Source of the DNA: the human T2T-CHM13v2.0 reference genome, Homo sapiens
Reading direction: 5' to 3' (one strand)
Assembly (NCBI RefSeq): GCF_009914755.1
Contig: NC_060938.1
DNA length: 64,000 nucleotides
Positions 1-18,101 of the stretch are shown one piece after another. Both the position numbers and the translations under genes were made by a program. Each line of letters opens with the position of its first letter. Position 1 is the stretch's first letter. A model generated the notes under the pieces. It had not been told where the DNA came from and did no database searches. It worked only from the letters and a program-made list of their open reading frames with translations.

Positions 1-434
1 CCTTTTACAGTAGTTTTGTAGTAATTTGTTCTATTTCTAGGCATTTATTACACAGCATTCTAAGTATAAAAAGTCACTAACAGTTTAGTGAGGTTCACTT
101 TGTTTAATGAATGATAGAGAAAAACTAGTAATTTTTCCTGTTTCTGCAAAAATGTATAATTTTCTCTTTCTCTTCACTGGTCACATCTCCAAGGTACCAA
201 CCCCTTTTCTATTTATCTGATTCCCCTCTAAATGCAAGGCTTCTCAGAGGCTGCCCCTTCTGGTTCTGCTCACTTTAACACCCTTTTCCTTAGCCACAGG
301 TGTAAACTAACAAGTCCCAGACCAGGGTTCTGTATTTTGGCACATATTGCTGACATTTTCTCTTTCTGAGAATGATTTCTGTATGTGTTTTGTCTAAAGT
401 TTTGGGGACTCTCGCCTTTTTTTCATAGAGCCAA

Positions 435-912
<478 letters not shown>

Positions 913-1404
913 TGAGTCTCTTAAGTTTCCCTTTCTCCACTATTCCATACCCAACAAGACTACTGCAGAAGAGCCCTATGAAATTTGGTACTGTTTTCCT
1001 TTCCCTAATTACATGTAATCTGAAGATTATCATACTCCCTATCTCTGAGCAATGCTGAAAGCATGGGTCATGTGTGGTTTTCAGCTTGTTAATATTATTT
1101 TGCGGAGGAGGCAGGAAAGATGTACATGAAAATTTGGAATCAGGTGACTGACATTATCCTCCAGACCTACAATATCTGTCCTTGCTCACTGTTAAAGTAT
1201 CATTTCTGAAGTTCTAAAAAAAAAAAGCAAACAAATCGTCAAGGCAAATGAGAAGTTTCCAGGTTGGTCTGAGAGTCTCTCAGAGGTGTTCTAAAGATTT
1301 AAAACCTCCCAACTCCATCTCCATCTGCCCTCAGTGGAAAGCTAAATGCTAATGTCCTTTTTCTCTTAAAAAAAAAAAAAAAAAGATGAATTTATATAAT
1401 GTGA

Positions 1405-3040
1405 AATTTTATTTTAGATTCAGGGGGTACCTGTGTGGGTTCGTTATGAGTTATACAGTGTAATGCTGAGATGTGGCGTACAAATGATTCCGTCACCCAG
1501 GTAGTGACCATAGTATCCAACAGGTAGTTTTTCAGCCTTTTCCCTCTTCTTTCTCTCTACTGTCTATCAGTATCTATTGTTCCCACCTTTATGTCCCTGT
1601 GTACCAATGTTTAGCTCCCACTTACAAGTAAGAACTTCATATAGGTTTAGATGTTAATTCTGTTCCGGAATTAAATTCTCTTCTAGTATAATGGCATCCA
1701 ACTGCATCCATGTTGCTGCAAAGGACATGATTTTGTTATTTTTTATAGCCGCATATTCCATGGTGTATACGTACCACATTTTTATTTTGTTCTCTGTTGC
1801 CCAGGATTTTTTGTTCTCACTCTGTTGCCCAGGTTGGAGTGCAGTGGCATGATCACGGCTCACTGCAGCCTCCGTCTCCTGGGCTCAAGCGATCCTCTCA
1901 CCTCAGCTTCCCTAGGAGCTGGGGCAATGGCTGTATACCACCATACCTAGCTAATTTTTTTTTTCCCAGTAGAGACGAGGTCTCACAACATTGCTTAGGC
2001 TAGAATCCAACTCCTGAGCTCAAGCAATCCTTCCTCTTTAGCCTCCCAAATGTTGGGATTACAGGCATGAGCCACCATGCCCAACATACGTACATTTTCT
2101 TTATCTAATCCACCAATGACGGGCACCCACACTAATTCCATGTCTTTGCTATCGTGAATAGTACTGTGATGAACATACAAGTGCATGTGTCTATTGTGAT
2201 ATTCATTTAGGCACATACTCAGTAATGGGATTGCTAGATCAAATGGTAGTTCTAAGTTTTTTCAGCTTTCCACAGTGGCTGAACTAATTTACATTCTCAT
2301 CAATAGTGTGTAAGTGTTCCCTTTTCTGTACAGCCTCACCAGCATCTGTTATTTTTTTACTTTCTAATAAAAGCCATTCTGACTGGTGTGAGATGGCATC
2401 TGTGGTTTTGATTTGCCTTTCTCTGATGATTAGCGATGTTGAGCATTTTTTCATGTTTGTTGGCCACTTGCATGTCTTCCTTTGAGAAGCGTCTGTTCAT
2501 GTGTTTTCCGCACTTTTTAATAGGGTTATTTGTTGTTTGCTTGTTGAATTGTTTAAGTCCTTTATAGATTCTGGATATTAGGCCTTTGTCAGATACATAG
2601 TTGCGAATATTTTCTCCCATTGAGTATGCTGTTTATTCTGCTGGTAGTTTCTTCTGCTGTGCAGAAATTCTGTAGTTTAATTAGATCCCATTTGTCAATT
2701 TTTGTTTTTCTTGCAATTGCTTTTTCAGGACTTAGGAATTCTTTCCAAAGTCCGAGGTATTTCCTAGGTTTTCTTCTAGGATTTTTATAGTTTGAGGTCT
2801 TACATTTAAATCTTTAATCCATCTTGAGTTAACTTTTATATATGGTGAAAGGTAGGGGTCCAGTTTCATGCTTCTGCATATGGCTAGCCAGTTATCCCAG
2901 CACCATTTCTTGAATAGGAAGATCTTTCCCCACTGCTTGGTTTTTTTTCCACTTTGCCAAAGATCAGATGGCTGTAGGTGTGAGGCTGTATTTCTGGGTT
3001 CTCTATGCTGTTCTATTGGTTTATGTGTCTGTTTTTGTAA
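1405..3040 (-). mobile_element. L1 (L1PA/PB-like) 3' end and distal ORF2, interrupted by AluJ at ~1785-2085
   Basis: L1 3' UTR motifs. ORF 2357-2620 ([11 protein letters not shown]...NNPIKK...RFSKEDMQVANKH) matches the L1 ORF2 C-terminus. Confidence 0.88.
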
Positions 3041-3794
3041 AAATGGTAGATTATTTGCAGCTCCACAGTCTTAAAAAAATTCTGAGAGGCTTCATACCAG
3101 ACTTTCTACACAGGAGGTTTTATCACTCATAATTATCTACATTATATTACAGTAACATATTAGCCCAAAATTTCTGTGGCTTAATATAATAGTTCACTTC
3201 TCCCTCATTCTGCATGTCCAGTGTGGCTTGTCTAGGGTTCTGTTACATGTCTTCTTCACTACAGAACCTATGTTTAAAGAGAAGCTGACATCTAGAGTAC
3301 TGCCAGTTGATGAAGTAGTGGAAATAAAGCTTTTAAAGGAGTTACACTGACAGTTAAATACACCAGCCCTGAAGTCTTACATGTAACCTCTGCTCAATTT
3401 CATTGGCAAGAACTGATCACCTAACCACAAATGGGCCTATCTTGTGTCAGATGGAGAGCCAGAATCTCCACCATAGAAGCTGTATCTCAAACCTAAAATA
3501 TTCCTAAACATTTCTGTTAGCTGCAGTAATGTACTTAGCATATAAAAGCATATAAAAACTACAATGACTTAACATTAAAATCAAACATATCAAGTTCTAA
3601 TGAAATTCAAACGACATGCAGTAAGACCTGTCAAATAAATGTAATATTTTATTTGGCCAAATGATGAAGACTAAAATGCTTTAATTAGAGTTCCCAGAAA
3701 ACAAAGTTAGCTATTGCCAAAGCGAGCTATTGCCAACTTTAAATTATGAAAGATGACTGTATCCATAACACCCTTACAAAGAAAATTTACATGA

Positions 3795-4374
<580 letters not shown>

Positions 4375-5074
4375 TATTTTTAATAAAGAGAATCACTAAT
4401 ATACACGCACATGGGTTTACTTTATATACATAGAGGTATTTATCTTCATATAGGCCTAGATATCATTAATTACCTGTTTACTTAGCACAAATACATCTGA
4501 AGTAATATATCTGAAGGGGTAGTAAACACAAAGAAAAATATCTATTTAATTTTTTATTTATAGTAGTTATTATTTTGGGTCACACCTCTGGAAGTAAAAA
4601 GGCAAGTTTTAAAGTATCTATAATATCTGGATGATAGCATGTTGATAAACATAAACATTAAAAAATTCAAGGACATCCATAAAGACAACGAACCACAGAA
4701 AATGACTTATTCTTTCTTTGTTGTGTGCCCATAAAAGGGAATTTTAAACTCACTAAAAATGACATATAAATTCAATGTTACTTTCCCACTATTTGCTTTA
4801 TTATTGTCTTCCATTTTCTAAAACTTTTTAAAAATGTGAGTGAAAACATACTACCTTTTAAAAAGCTTACACTTTACTAAACTGTCCTTATTTATGATAT
4901 TAAAATTGACTGAAAATAATGGAAGAATAAAAAGCAAATAAGCAATAGCTAACCAAAGGACATATCTACAAAGATATCTTAATTAAAAAAATAAAACCAA
5001 GTATACTTTAAAATTTTCATTCTACAAATATTTAACAAGTTCACATTGCATGTAGGCACTGTGCAGAGAGCTAT

Positions 5075-5370
5075 CTAAAACAGTAGTGGCTTAGAGTCTC
5101 ATTGCATAGGACCCATTTACTAGCTATAATGTATACATTCTCAAGCAAGTTACTTAACCTCTGTGCCTCTCTGTACCCTCATCTGTAAAATAAGACTGCT
5201 AATGGTACTGGCCTTATAGGATTTGTTGTGGAGATAAGAAGACTTAAAATACAATTTAAAAATCTTAGGGAAGTAAATGCCTGACACAAACCAGACATTG
5301 TAAGGATTAAATAAGATAATAAATGTACACCACTTAGAATGGTGCCAAGTATATAGTAATTATACAATAT
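5075..5370 (+). mobile_element. MIR
   Basis: MIR core caagttacttaacctctgtgcct...ctcatctgtaaaat. Confidence 0.75.
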
Positions 5371-5419
5371 ATGTACATTATATTGCTATAATTCATTAAA
5401 AGGAAGTCACTTATTGACT

Positions 5420-7550
5420 TCCAATTTTAACATGGTAAAAACATTTCCATACCCCCAAACATAAAGGTAAACAAGAAACAGAAACACATTCAATAACCCA
5501 CAAAGACATTTATAACCCTAAGCTAAAATGCATGAGGATGGAAAACATTTGAAAGAAAGGTAAATGACTCAGCAGAATGGGAAAAGGTCAAGTTAAAATG
5601 CCTGCAGAGGAAACTGTTCATGTGAGCAAGCTAAATCACCCCCAGAGAACCCCAAAAGGCTCCAAATTATAGAAGCACCTGTAATCACCAAAGGCAGAGG
5701 ACTGGGGAGGGCAAGATAAAGAATGCAAACAGGGGAAATGTCTGAAACGGATTTAAGGAGTTTTATTCCCCAAGTCCTCACACTCGTAACACTTAGGATT
5801 AATAATTTCCTGGGAGAAGAACCAGATTTGGGGTCACTGGGTATAGAGAGAAGCAAGGATGAGGTAAGAACGGAAAATGCAGAATAATATATAAGTCTAC
5901 ACACGCGCTGTTGGTTTCAGAAAGCAGAGAGCCAGGCTAATGTTCCCCAAGAAGTCCAGAGGATCCTTTTATGGAAAAATGAACAAACTTGGGTAAAAGT
6001 TGTTGATATTGACATATGGAGCTCCCGGTGAAAAACTATACCATGTAAGCCTCCAGCCAGCAAGACAGAGTTTCTAACCAGCATTTTGGTGTCTTATTCA
6101 CATTAACAGTCAAGGATCACCAGACAATTGAGAGAAATCCCTAACATGCAAGACACCAAAATAAACAGAAAAAAAAAAAAAAAAAAAAAAAAAAGGAAGT
6201 TCAGAAGAAAGAGAGGCAACCCAGGGTACTAGGAAAATAACTTCATAAAAAGTATAATTATCCTTAAGGAGGTATATAGTTCAACCATAAAATAGAAAAA
6301 GAGAGCAATTAAGAAGAAATAAAACAAAAAATCAAGCTCTTAGAAAACTTTTAAATCTGTATAGGGGGAGCCTATTAAAGGTCTAGATAATAAAGTTAAA
6401 GAAAGAGACCAAATGTAAAGTAAAGATGCAAGGAGATAAACAACAGGAGATTAAAAAAATTTAAAAACACAGAATAATCTTGGAAATCCAGTATCTAAGA
6501 GAATTTTAGAAAAAGTGAACAGAAGAACCCAGAGGAGGACTAATTCAAAAAATATCCCCAGAACTAAAGGAGTTTTAATGGGCATACTCAGTGCTTAGCA
6601 AATAAATTTTAAAATATAAATGTAAAATTCCAAAATTCCAAACCAGGGATAAAGAGAGGATCCTAAAACCTTCCAGAGATTTTAAAAAATAGGTCACATA
6701 CAAACCACTGGAAATAAGAATGGTATCAAACTTCTCATCAGCATCATTAGAAGCTAGAAGACAATGGGATAATGCCTTCAAAATCCCAAGTAACAATTCA
6801 ATCTACAACTTTAAACCAAGCAAACCTGTCACAAATATGAGAACATAATGAAGACATTTTAATATCTGAAAAAGCTTTTCCAAAAAAAAATCTCCTATGC
6901 AAGCTTTCTCAGCAATCTACTGGAGGATGCGCCACAGATATAATACTAAAAAAGAGGACAGCCATTGGATCCAGGAAACAGGATTAAGCACATAATTCCC
7001 AGGATGATAGTGAAGGAAAATCCCATTATGACAGTTACACAAAGTTGAGAAAGAAACCAATCCAGAATGGAAGAGACGGAACAGAGTTCCACAAAGGACT
7101 GTCTTTAAGAAAAAAAGAACTCATGGGTTATCTAACCTACAGAAAATCATAATGAAAAGTATTTTATAAAGCTGTTAAAACATGTAGAAACACTTAGAGA
7201 CTCAAAGAAAGCTAAGTGAATGAAAAGACTGGGGTAATTTAACTCCAGGAAAAACAACCAAAAAAAACTTATTTAAGGAAGGAAAAAAAACATAAAACAC
7301 TTGGCCCCACAATGAATATTTATATAGCCATTAAAAACTGAATGTGGATTCAACCAAAATTATAATATAACTTCATTAAGTAGACAGGCAGGGAAATAAA
7401 ACAGGTCTAAAATTGATGACTCAAGAGTTTTAAAATGCCACTTGAAATTGGTAGAAAATACTAGAAAAAAGTAGAAACTGGGAATAAAATCCCTCTTGTA
7501 CTATTTGACTAAGTATTTATATGGATCGTTTTAATAAAAATTTTAAAATT
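5420..7550 (+). mobile_element. Ancient L1 (L1MC/ME-like) 5'/ORF1-region relic
   Basis: A-rich plus strand with the old L1 ORF1 motif cttctcatcagca...gaagctagaagacaatgg...aatgccttcaaaat near 6730-6785. Confidence 0.65.
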
Positions 7551-8445
7551 AAACAAAGAATATTTATTGAGTACTCTTTGCGGGCGACATTATAGGCAGG
7601 TCCACTTAAACACCGTTCTCACCATTCTCAACTACCTTCTCCCCTTGGGAAGCTCAATATCTGATTTCATAGCCTCCCTTGCAGAATGATGACCATGTGA
7701 TACCATGTGACCAAAAATTCAACATACAGAAAAGTCTAGTAAAGAGGATTTCAAAACCTACATTAGAAACTGTTTTCCTCTTCTCCCATATTCTTTTGTG
7801 AATGTGAATAATCAATGAGGGCAAAAGCTAAAACACATTTAAGCCTGCCAGAGCAGAAAGAGTCTAGATTCTTAGGGGCTTGGGCTTCCTGGCTCCAGAC
7901 TCCCTGTTATGCAAGGATTTTAAAAATCCTTTTTAGTTAAGCCACTGTAGTTGAGTTTTCTTACTTGCAGCTAAACACGCACAGTTACTATGACAGACAC
8001 TGGGAAACAAAGATGATGAAACAGTTCCTCCCCACAAAGCACACTATCTGCTAGAGTGAACGGAATCAATTAAAAAAAAACTATAATACCTAACTATGCA
8101 CTACAGCCAAAATGTGGTGCTGCATGAATTCCAAAGAGGCAGGGGCAACACATCTAGTTGGAACATCAGAGATAGCTTCATGCTTGACGGCTATGGGTCC
8201 TGAAGAACTGAGTGAGTTTTAACAGGAATATATAGTCCACATCAAAGAAACAACATAAGCAAACATGCACGGGAAAGACAGAACACTTTCAAGAAAAGCA
8301 AGACTTCTGAGTTGCCAAAGAACTGCTACACAGAATTCATAGAAAAAAAAAAGAAAAACATACAACAGAAAAATAGGAAAAAGACATAAGCACTTCACAA
8401 AAGAAATCTAAACAGCCAATAAACATATGAAAAATGGTCAACCTT

Positions 8446-8772
<327 letters not shown>

Positions 8773-8887
8773 TCAACCTCACTAATAATAAGGAAAATGT
8801 AAATTTAAAATCACAATAAGATGACAGTAAGATTCATCCCTATCAGATTGGAAAAGATTTTTTTTAACGTGACAATAGAAACTGTTG

Positions 8888-9206
<319 letters not shown>

Positions 9207-9466
9207 TTACTTACACAGTACTGTTAAGAGTATAAATTAATAAAACTATTTTGAGATAAAATCAGAATTATCTAGTACAGGTGAAGATGTGTATACCTCC
9301 ATGACCACTAGAGTATTTAACTTGTAGGCATGTATCTGAGAGAAACTCTTATACATTTGTACCAGGAGAGATGAAACAAAAAACGTTTACAGCAATATTG
9401 TTTTTAATAGGGAAAAAGAAAACTCAAATGTTCATTGACAGTAAAGTAGATAAATTATAGTCTTCA

Positions 9467-10402
<936 letters not shown>

Positions 10403-11849
10403 GTGACATTCATTAAGTGTTCCTCTATTCTGCTTTAAGTCAATCCATTTAGTGGGCACATAGTATGTACCACAAAAAAGAAAAAAAAAACAGTTTGCTG
10501 GTTTAGAGGTGTTCACAATTTGATGGGGGGAGGGGAGACAAATATATAATTACAATGCAATATAACAAATGTAATTAGGGAGAGGTAAGGTAGTTAGAAC
10601 ACAAGGAAACAGAATATCTGAGCATGGAAACTGGAAAGCTATATGGAAAGACTTCAAAGGAAAGATGATAATTTGAGCTAAGCCTTTAAAAGTACACAGA
10701 AACTTCTGGATGTGGGCATCAATGAAGTCTGCCTGATTTCACATCTCCCCACTCACCCTTAAAAAAAAAAAAAGACCATAAAACCAACAAGTAAAACTGC
10801 ATATGAACCACGCTGTACTAGTACTAGGAGACAGAGTATTACAACCTTCAAATTACCTGTCATAGAAAAATAGACCAAATTCCAACAGAGCTGCTGCTAC
10901 AGCAAGACTAAGGAAGGGAGGCTTATGGGACACTAAAAATGAGTAGGGGGGCATGGACTTAGACAAAGCAAGACAAAATCATCCCCCAGAAAGAGTCCAG
11001 CCATAAAAGCCAAAATATTATACATAAGTCAGGACGTGGGTGCTTTAAAGCACCAGCCAGGAAACAGGTGTGATGGTTAGCCTTGGAGAAGCACAGCTTG
11101 TGAGGGCAAACCAGATAGAAGGGTAGGTACATTTGGAAACACTGCAGTAAAGGGAAAGAAAGAAACAAGAGGAAAAACAGAAAGGATCCAACAGAAATGA
11201 AGGAGAAACAAGATATACCAAACCCATCTCCTCCCCCAACATCATCTATAAAAGCTACTGCACAGGAGGGGGCTATGGAATGTTTTAAGTAGAAAATGAA
11301 GAGATATACCCAAAAAAGCCAAACAGAGACACAGAAAACTGTTTAAAAAGAAAATCAGAAGATGCTAATCAAAGCATTTCAGCTGATGAAACCCTCACCT
11401 TCAAAAAAAAAAAAAACAAAAAACAAAAAACCCCAAAGCTGAAGAATATGGTAATACAACACTCCAAACTGAATTAGGTATCTTCAAGCAAGCACTTAGG
11501 GTATGAAAAAAAAAAAAAAATCCTGAAGCAGAAATACAAAAACTAAGAACAGAAATGAGCAAACAAACAAAAAAGAAAGAAACGAAATGAGTTGACAGGA
11601 CTCAAAAAAGAAACAGAAAAGAGTACACAGACATTTTCAAAATAGACTGTGGGGGGGTGCAACTCCCCACAGTGAAGCACAGGAAAAGGAAAAGAATTTA
11701 TTGACAAATGGATGGGCATGTGCATGGCCCAACTTGTATACTGGTGAACTATAACCAACCTGTATGGACAGTTAAGAAGCTCCAGACCACTGAGGACTTG
11801 GAAAGACAAGCTAACTAAGGCCTACTGATTTCATCTTCAAAGGTCGGAA

Positions 11850-11980
11850 GACAGTATAATGAAGGAAGAAGAGAGTATGTTTTGATTCAGTTGAACTCAG
11901 TTTAGAACTAAACTCTACCATTTACTAAAGCTGTGCTGATCAAGTATTTTTACCACTCTAAGTCCTTTATTTGTAACAGG
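11850..11980 (+). mobile_element. MIR 5' part (continues at ~15371-15470)
   Basis: MIR-like ctctaccatttacta..gctgtg..caagtatttttaccactctaagtcc; the 3' part resumes after the ERVL block. Confidence 0.6.
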
Positions 11981-12006
11981 ATGGATGGATGGGTGGGTGG
12001 GTGGAT
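11979..12006 (+). repeat. (GGAT/GGGT)n simple repeat
   Basis: ggatggatggatgggtgggtgggtggatg. Confidence 0.8.
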
Positions 12007-12069
12007 GAATAGGCAGATTAGCTAGGAAGGCAGGTAGACAAACAGATCCATGCACACAAATAACAAATG

Positions 12070-15000
12070 TACTTGTATGAGCCTGGGTTCTTCCCCAAAG
12101 CAGCACATCAGAAAAGGACATTTACATGCAGATAATTTAGCTGGAAGGTGAAGTAAAGGACCAAGGAACATGAAACTGGAAAGGAGCATATGCCAATAAA
12201 AAGCTACCTTTATCGAGGTCACTGCTGTGGGTAACTGGAGCTCAATTTTGCCAGGATTCCCTAAGGAACCATTAGAGTGCTCTCAGAATTGTCAATTGTC
12301 TGTGCAAGGACAAGGAAAAGAATTTCCCTACTGGCTCCTGCCCCCTCTAGTTCAGGGTTGCCCAAGGGGAGCATTAACTTCCTAGCACTTCCAGGCTGCA
12401 CATGCCTGTATGCTCTCTCACCTGTACCTTCTGCTGGGTGGACAGTGGAGACGCCTTGGAGCAGAAAGGAAAAGATGCACAGTGAGCATGCTCAAGACAA
12501 GACACTGTTGGGATAACATGAGTCAAAGCTTGCATGAGGGAGTTTGAAGATGACGTCAAATGGTGCTTAAGAGAGAGTTAACAGAATACAGCTTGAATCC
12601 CCTCCTGCCTTTGGTCACTGAGTCTTCAAGGAGAAACTACTACCTAATGGGGACAGGAAAGAACTTATCTTGAACTCAAGGGATATAGTGGAATGTTTTT
12701 TATTGCTTCCATGCCTGCTGAATAATTCTAAACAGGCACTGGAAGCAACCACAGCCCAACAACAGCAAGGCAAGAGAAGATCCCCCAGAGATGAAGGTCT
12801 GAATCATACAAGTCAACTAACATCCTAGTTGGCTGTCATCTTTCTTGCCCCATGACCTATCCTAGTCACTGCCCCAAATCTCTGTGGATAAAGACACCCT
12901 GAATGCCACTGTGGCCCATTATGGTAATTACATCCACCCTAGCCCTAATGGTATCACCATCTGGCCTATGCCATTCCAAAATCCTATCATTGCTATGGAT
13001 ACTAGGGAACATAGCTCCATGGAAGCATCTCCTATCAACTCCAGCCTGTGTCCCCTCACCAGTGCATTCTTAATTACCTTGGTGAATGAAGTGTTTTCTT
13101 TGGACCTTCCTAAGAAGTATGGTCAGATAGTGTGTTCTCCAGTCTCATATAGTAAATCCATTCTAAAACTCTCTCTTCTCTGTGAGTTCTGATCTCAATA
13201 TACTCTGCCAAAGAAGTTCTTGCATATTTATCTAATGTACTATAGGTCATACTCATGTCCAAGCTTCAAGAAACCATCCCACCAGTGTATCCTAGGACCA
13301 AGTTATTAGGATGTCAAATCCTGAGTTACGAATAGCGTTCCCATGTTAATAAATTCTCCCTTATTCATCCTTATTATTCCGCCAGCCCACTCCAGGCAAG
13401 ACCTGCAAGATCCACCTCCCTAAATGTTCCTTCTGTTCCTACTGGTACATATTAGCCAGGTCCTGGGATTACGTGCTTGAGTATTTACTCCCAGAATAAG
13501 AAAAACATCCCTGATTAGGCTATGCTGAGATTGTGTCTAGCTATTGTTCTGGAGGAAATAGGGGTGAGAGATGGGACAGAGCTTAAGGAGAACAAGTATC
13601 ACCTTGTAAGAAATCCATCTCTATGTGATCTCTGCCTGGTTTCCAAACAAGGAAAAGTTATTCTCTCTAACAAGGTGTTGATCCTGCCTATCCAGAGGAC
13701 TCAGGAAAATTAAGGAGTTCAAGATTCTCAGGTCATCCACTTAGAAGTCTCCTTCTGAGATTTCATCAGGGTCCTACTCTTCCCATGTTAGGGTCAGACT
13801 TTGGCCCTGAACACCTGTCAAGGGTGTATGAGAGGTAGGACCACTATGAATTATACAATAAGAGACTTATATAGGAGTTTGGCCTCACACAGGTGTGGGA
13901 GTTGGTTAAAGAGTCTGTATAAGACTGCTTCCACATCTGGAGTTGTAAAGGAAAGAGTAATACAAAATAGAAAAAAGTAAGAATAGACTGGAATCCCAAA
14001 GACAATCTGGAACCCATGAGGACAAACAAGAGTCCATGTCTGTCTCTCACCACCTTCAGGCTTCCAAACTCAATGATTCAGATAACCTGCAGAAAAGCTG
14101 TACACACTGGCCCAGAATTGCCAGAAGCTGATGGCAGTGATGCAACAAGAGCTGAAGGAGCCGCAGACCTGGCTACTGCTCCAAACCAACAATATGACAC
14201 AGCAGCTTAGCAATCATGTGTGGGAGTTACAACAGTGCCTAGTACCAGCACCAATCTTTAGCCATAAAATATATCCAGCTGCTGCTGCTTCACTTCTGTC
14301 TTCCAAATCTCACTCAAAATGTCTCATGGCCAGTGCTAATCTAGAGCCTAGAAGGGAGTTCTGGGAAACATAATTCCAGTTTAGCCCAGTTGACACAGTA
14401 CAAACCCACCACAGAAGGTATACAGCTCTTTCACCCTTATGATTAAATCTTCAGCCTGATTTTTGGCATAATCTGTCCTATAGTCACAAGCAATGGGGAT
14501 CTTTCCAAATGCTGCCATAGGCCCTCTTTTCACAGTGTACCCTGCATTGATAACTGGCTGATCTCTTGTCCTCAAGGTTTCAAAAGCTAAAAGAGGTCCA
14601 TTAACTCCAAATCCTTATTGATTTCCACCATCCCCATACCATTCAAGTCCTAGAGCTATCAATTAACCCAACTCTTCACCTTCCATTCAATTCTAGTCCC
14701 AATCCCCTGAAGGTAAGAGTCTTATTAACTGTGCTGTGATGCATGCAGGGGGCTATTAGTACCCACTACCACCAGCAATGGGGTCCTTGTTGCAGTCTCA
14801 CCAGTAAGTCATCCACTCTGAGATCCCAGTGGATATTGTCAATTTCTAGAACCATGGTAGATAATAAATGTCTTAGCCTGGATTCATGAAAGCGATTTGG
14901 AAGGTAATCCCAATCAGAAGTGAGGAGGAATTGAGAGTGAAATCGAGAATAAAGAAAAACCAATACAAAAATGCATTACCAACTCAATCTGATCTGGATC

Positions 15001-15370
15001 TTTTGAGGAACATATGGAATGCCCCTCAGAATTTTCTACTCTCAGATCAATACAAATAAGCATTTATTTTCAGCTCTCATACTCCATTAGTTGAAGGTTG
15101 CCCCAGTGGGACATCAAGGTCCTTATGTTTCTGAGATGCACATTTATGCTTCCTGAGCCAGTTCCCACCAGAGAACTAAGCCTTGGAGGAGTCAAAAGCC
15201 TGGGACGGAAAGTAAACAATGTGCAGCAATATGTGCTTAAAACCAGGTGCCATCACCTTGAAGTGAGCTGAAGCCCAAACAGAACTGTTTGTCACAGCCC
15301 ACAGCCACAGCTTGACTCCAGAGTAAGGCAGATAGAAGGATGAGGTTGCGCACCACAGGTGTCAAATACA
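12070..15370 (-). mobile_element. Degenerate ERVL provirus remnant: LTR33-like LTRs at ~12070-12590 and ~14870-15370, internal sequence, and a nested MLT2-like LTR at ~13850-14412
   Basis: The two end blocks share co-linear motifs (gagcctgg..ccaata..ggaac..ctcagaatt..ggttgccc..tgcaca..aataca). The minus-strand ORF 14381-14575 contains AKNQAEDLIIRVKEL, resembling ERVL gag. Confidence 0.6.
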
Positions 15371-15479
15371 GTACCCATCACATAGGTGTGCTGTGAAAAT
15401 TAAGTAAGATAGGCAAAATCTTGGAAGAGGCCTGACACATAAAGCTAAATAAATGATAGCTATTATCATTAGATTAGAC

Positions 15480-16700
<1,221 letters not shown>

Positions 16701-17340
16701 GTAAAGTCTCTGAGGAAGCAGAAGATTTCAAAAACAGGTGCAAAGCACAATCTGACTCAATCATCCTTATTTAATAGGCTTGGATTCGCTTTCAATATGC
16801 CAACTAGGAAATATGTATTTAGTCTCTCATTTACTGGGACAACAACTTTTTTTCATTTCCCTTGTCTTTTTTACTCAACATCACAAAACATAAGCTTCTT
16901 AGACTAATTTAGCTTCAGTCAAAAGGTGACAATTGTATGCAGAGAGAAAAAAATCTTTTTCTGCTATTTGAGATTATTTTTTTCTTTTTGTCAGGCGGAA
17001 ATAAATTATTTATAAAGCAATTTACCAGATAAGCTCTAATTTAGTGGTTGCCCAGTATAGTATTGACAACACATACATAACTCTGAAATCTAAAATCTTT
17101 AACTCCTGTCTACAGGGTCCAATTAGCCCAAGTCTAGGGCATACATAAGAACTTAAAAATAAGCTAAATAGCTAGCACATTCAAGTCCTTTTAACTGCCA
17201 GGTGCTAAGCTATTCTGAAGCTGTTTAGATTTGTGGTTGGGCCTCAAACCGTGTCTCTGGAGGCAGAACCAAGTTATATTTAATATCTGTGTACTTTAAA
17301 ACAATGCTGCCCACTTTGCTCTTATTGTCAGGTCACTTAC

Positions 17341-17431
17341 CTTGAAGACTTACTGTACTTCTGGTGTATAAAACGGCAGTGTTTACATATCCAACCGATT
17401 TTGGAATTACATGATTGAGCCAGTATGAAAG
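17341..17431 (-). other. RPS6KA5: Candidate alternative cassette exon in RPS6KA5 intron 1 (91 nt, or 78 nt with the inner donor)
   Basis: Acceptor tttgttttcttattgactcag|C at 17432/17431. Donors AAG|GTAAGT at 17341/17340 and ACA|GTAAGT at 17354/17353. Sits in apparently non-repetitive sequence. Confidence 0.55.
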
Positions 17432-17766
17432 CTGAGTCAATAAGAAAACAAATGCTTATAAAGCAGTAACAAACAGGCTTTTTTTTCCCAATACATGTAC
17501 CAAATAAATTTAACTTAGAAGAACTAAACTAAATATAAAACACTTCAAAAAGGAGAAAGAGAACATTAAGCTTACTAAGAATTCTGGCATGATCCAGAGA
17601 ACACGTTCAGGGAAATGACCTCTGTGGAAAGTACAGAAGCATTTCAATGGTTATGCCTGAAAACCTCTTTCAGTAAGTTGTTCTATAACATTCTATAAAC
17701 TTTCATCTTATAGCATATACATTTTGTGTCAACTTTCTGTGTTTTTCCATATCTAAGAATTTTTTT

Positions 17767-18101
<335 letters not shown>

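Noticed and set aside
1190-1213. Possible 24-nt minus-strand microexon (T-rich acceptor at 1214, ACA|GTGAGC donor, in-frame TGA)
   Set aside because: Such site pairs occur often by chance next to A tracts, the donor is only moderate, and nothing else supports it.
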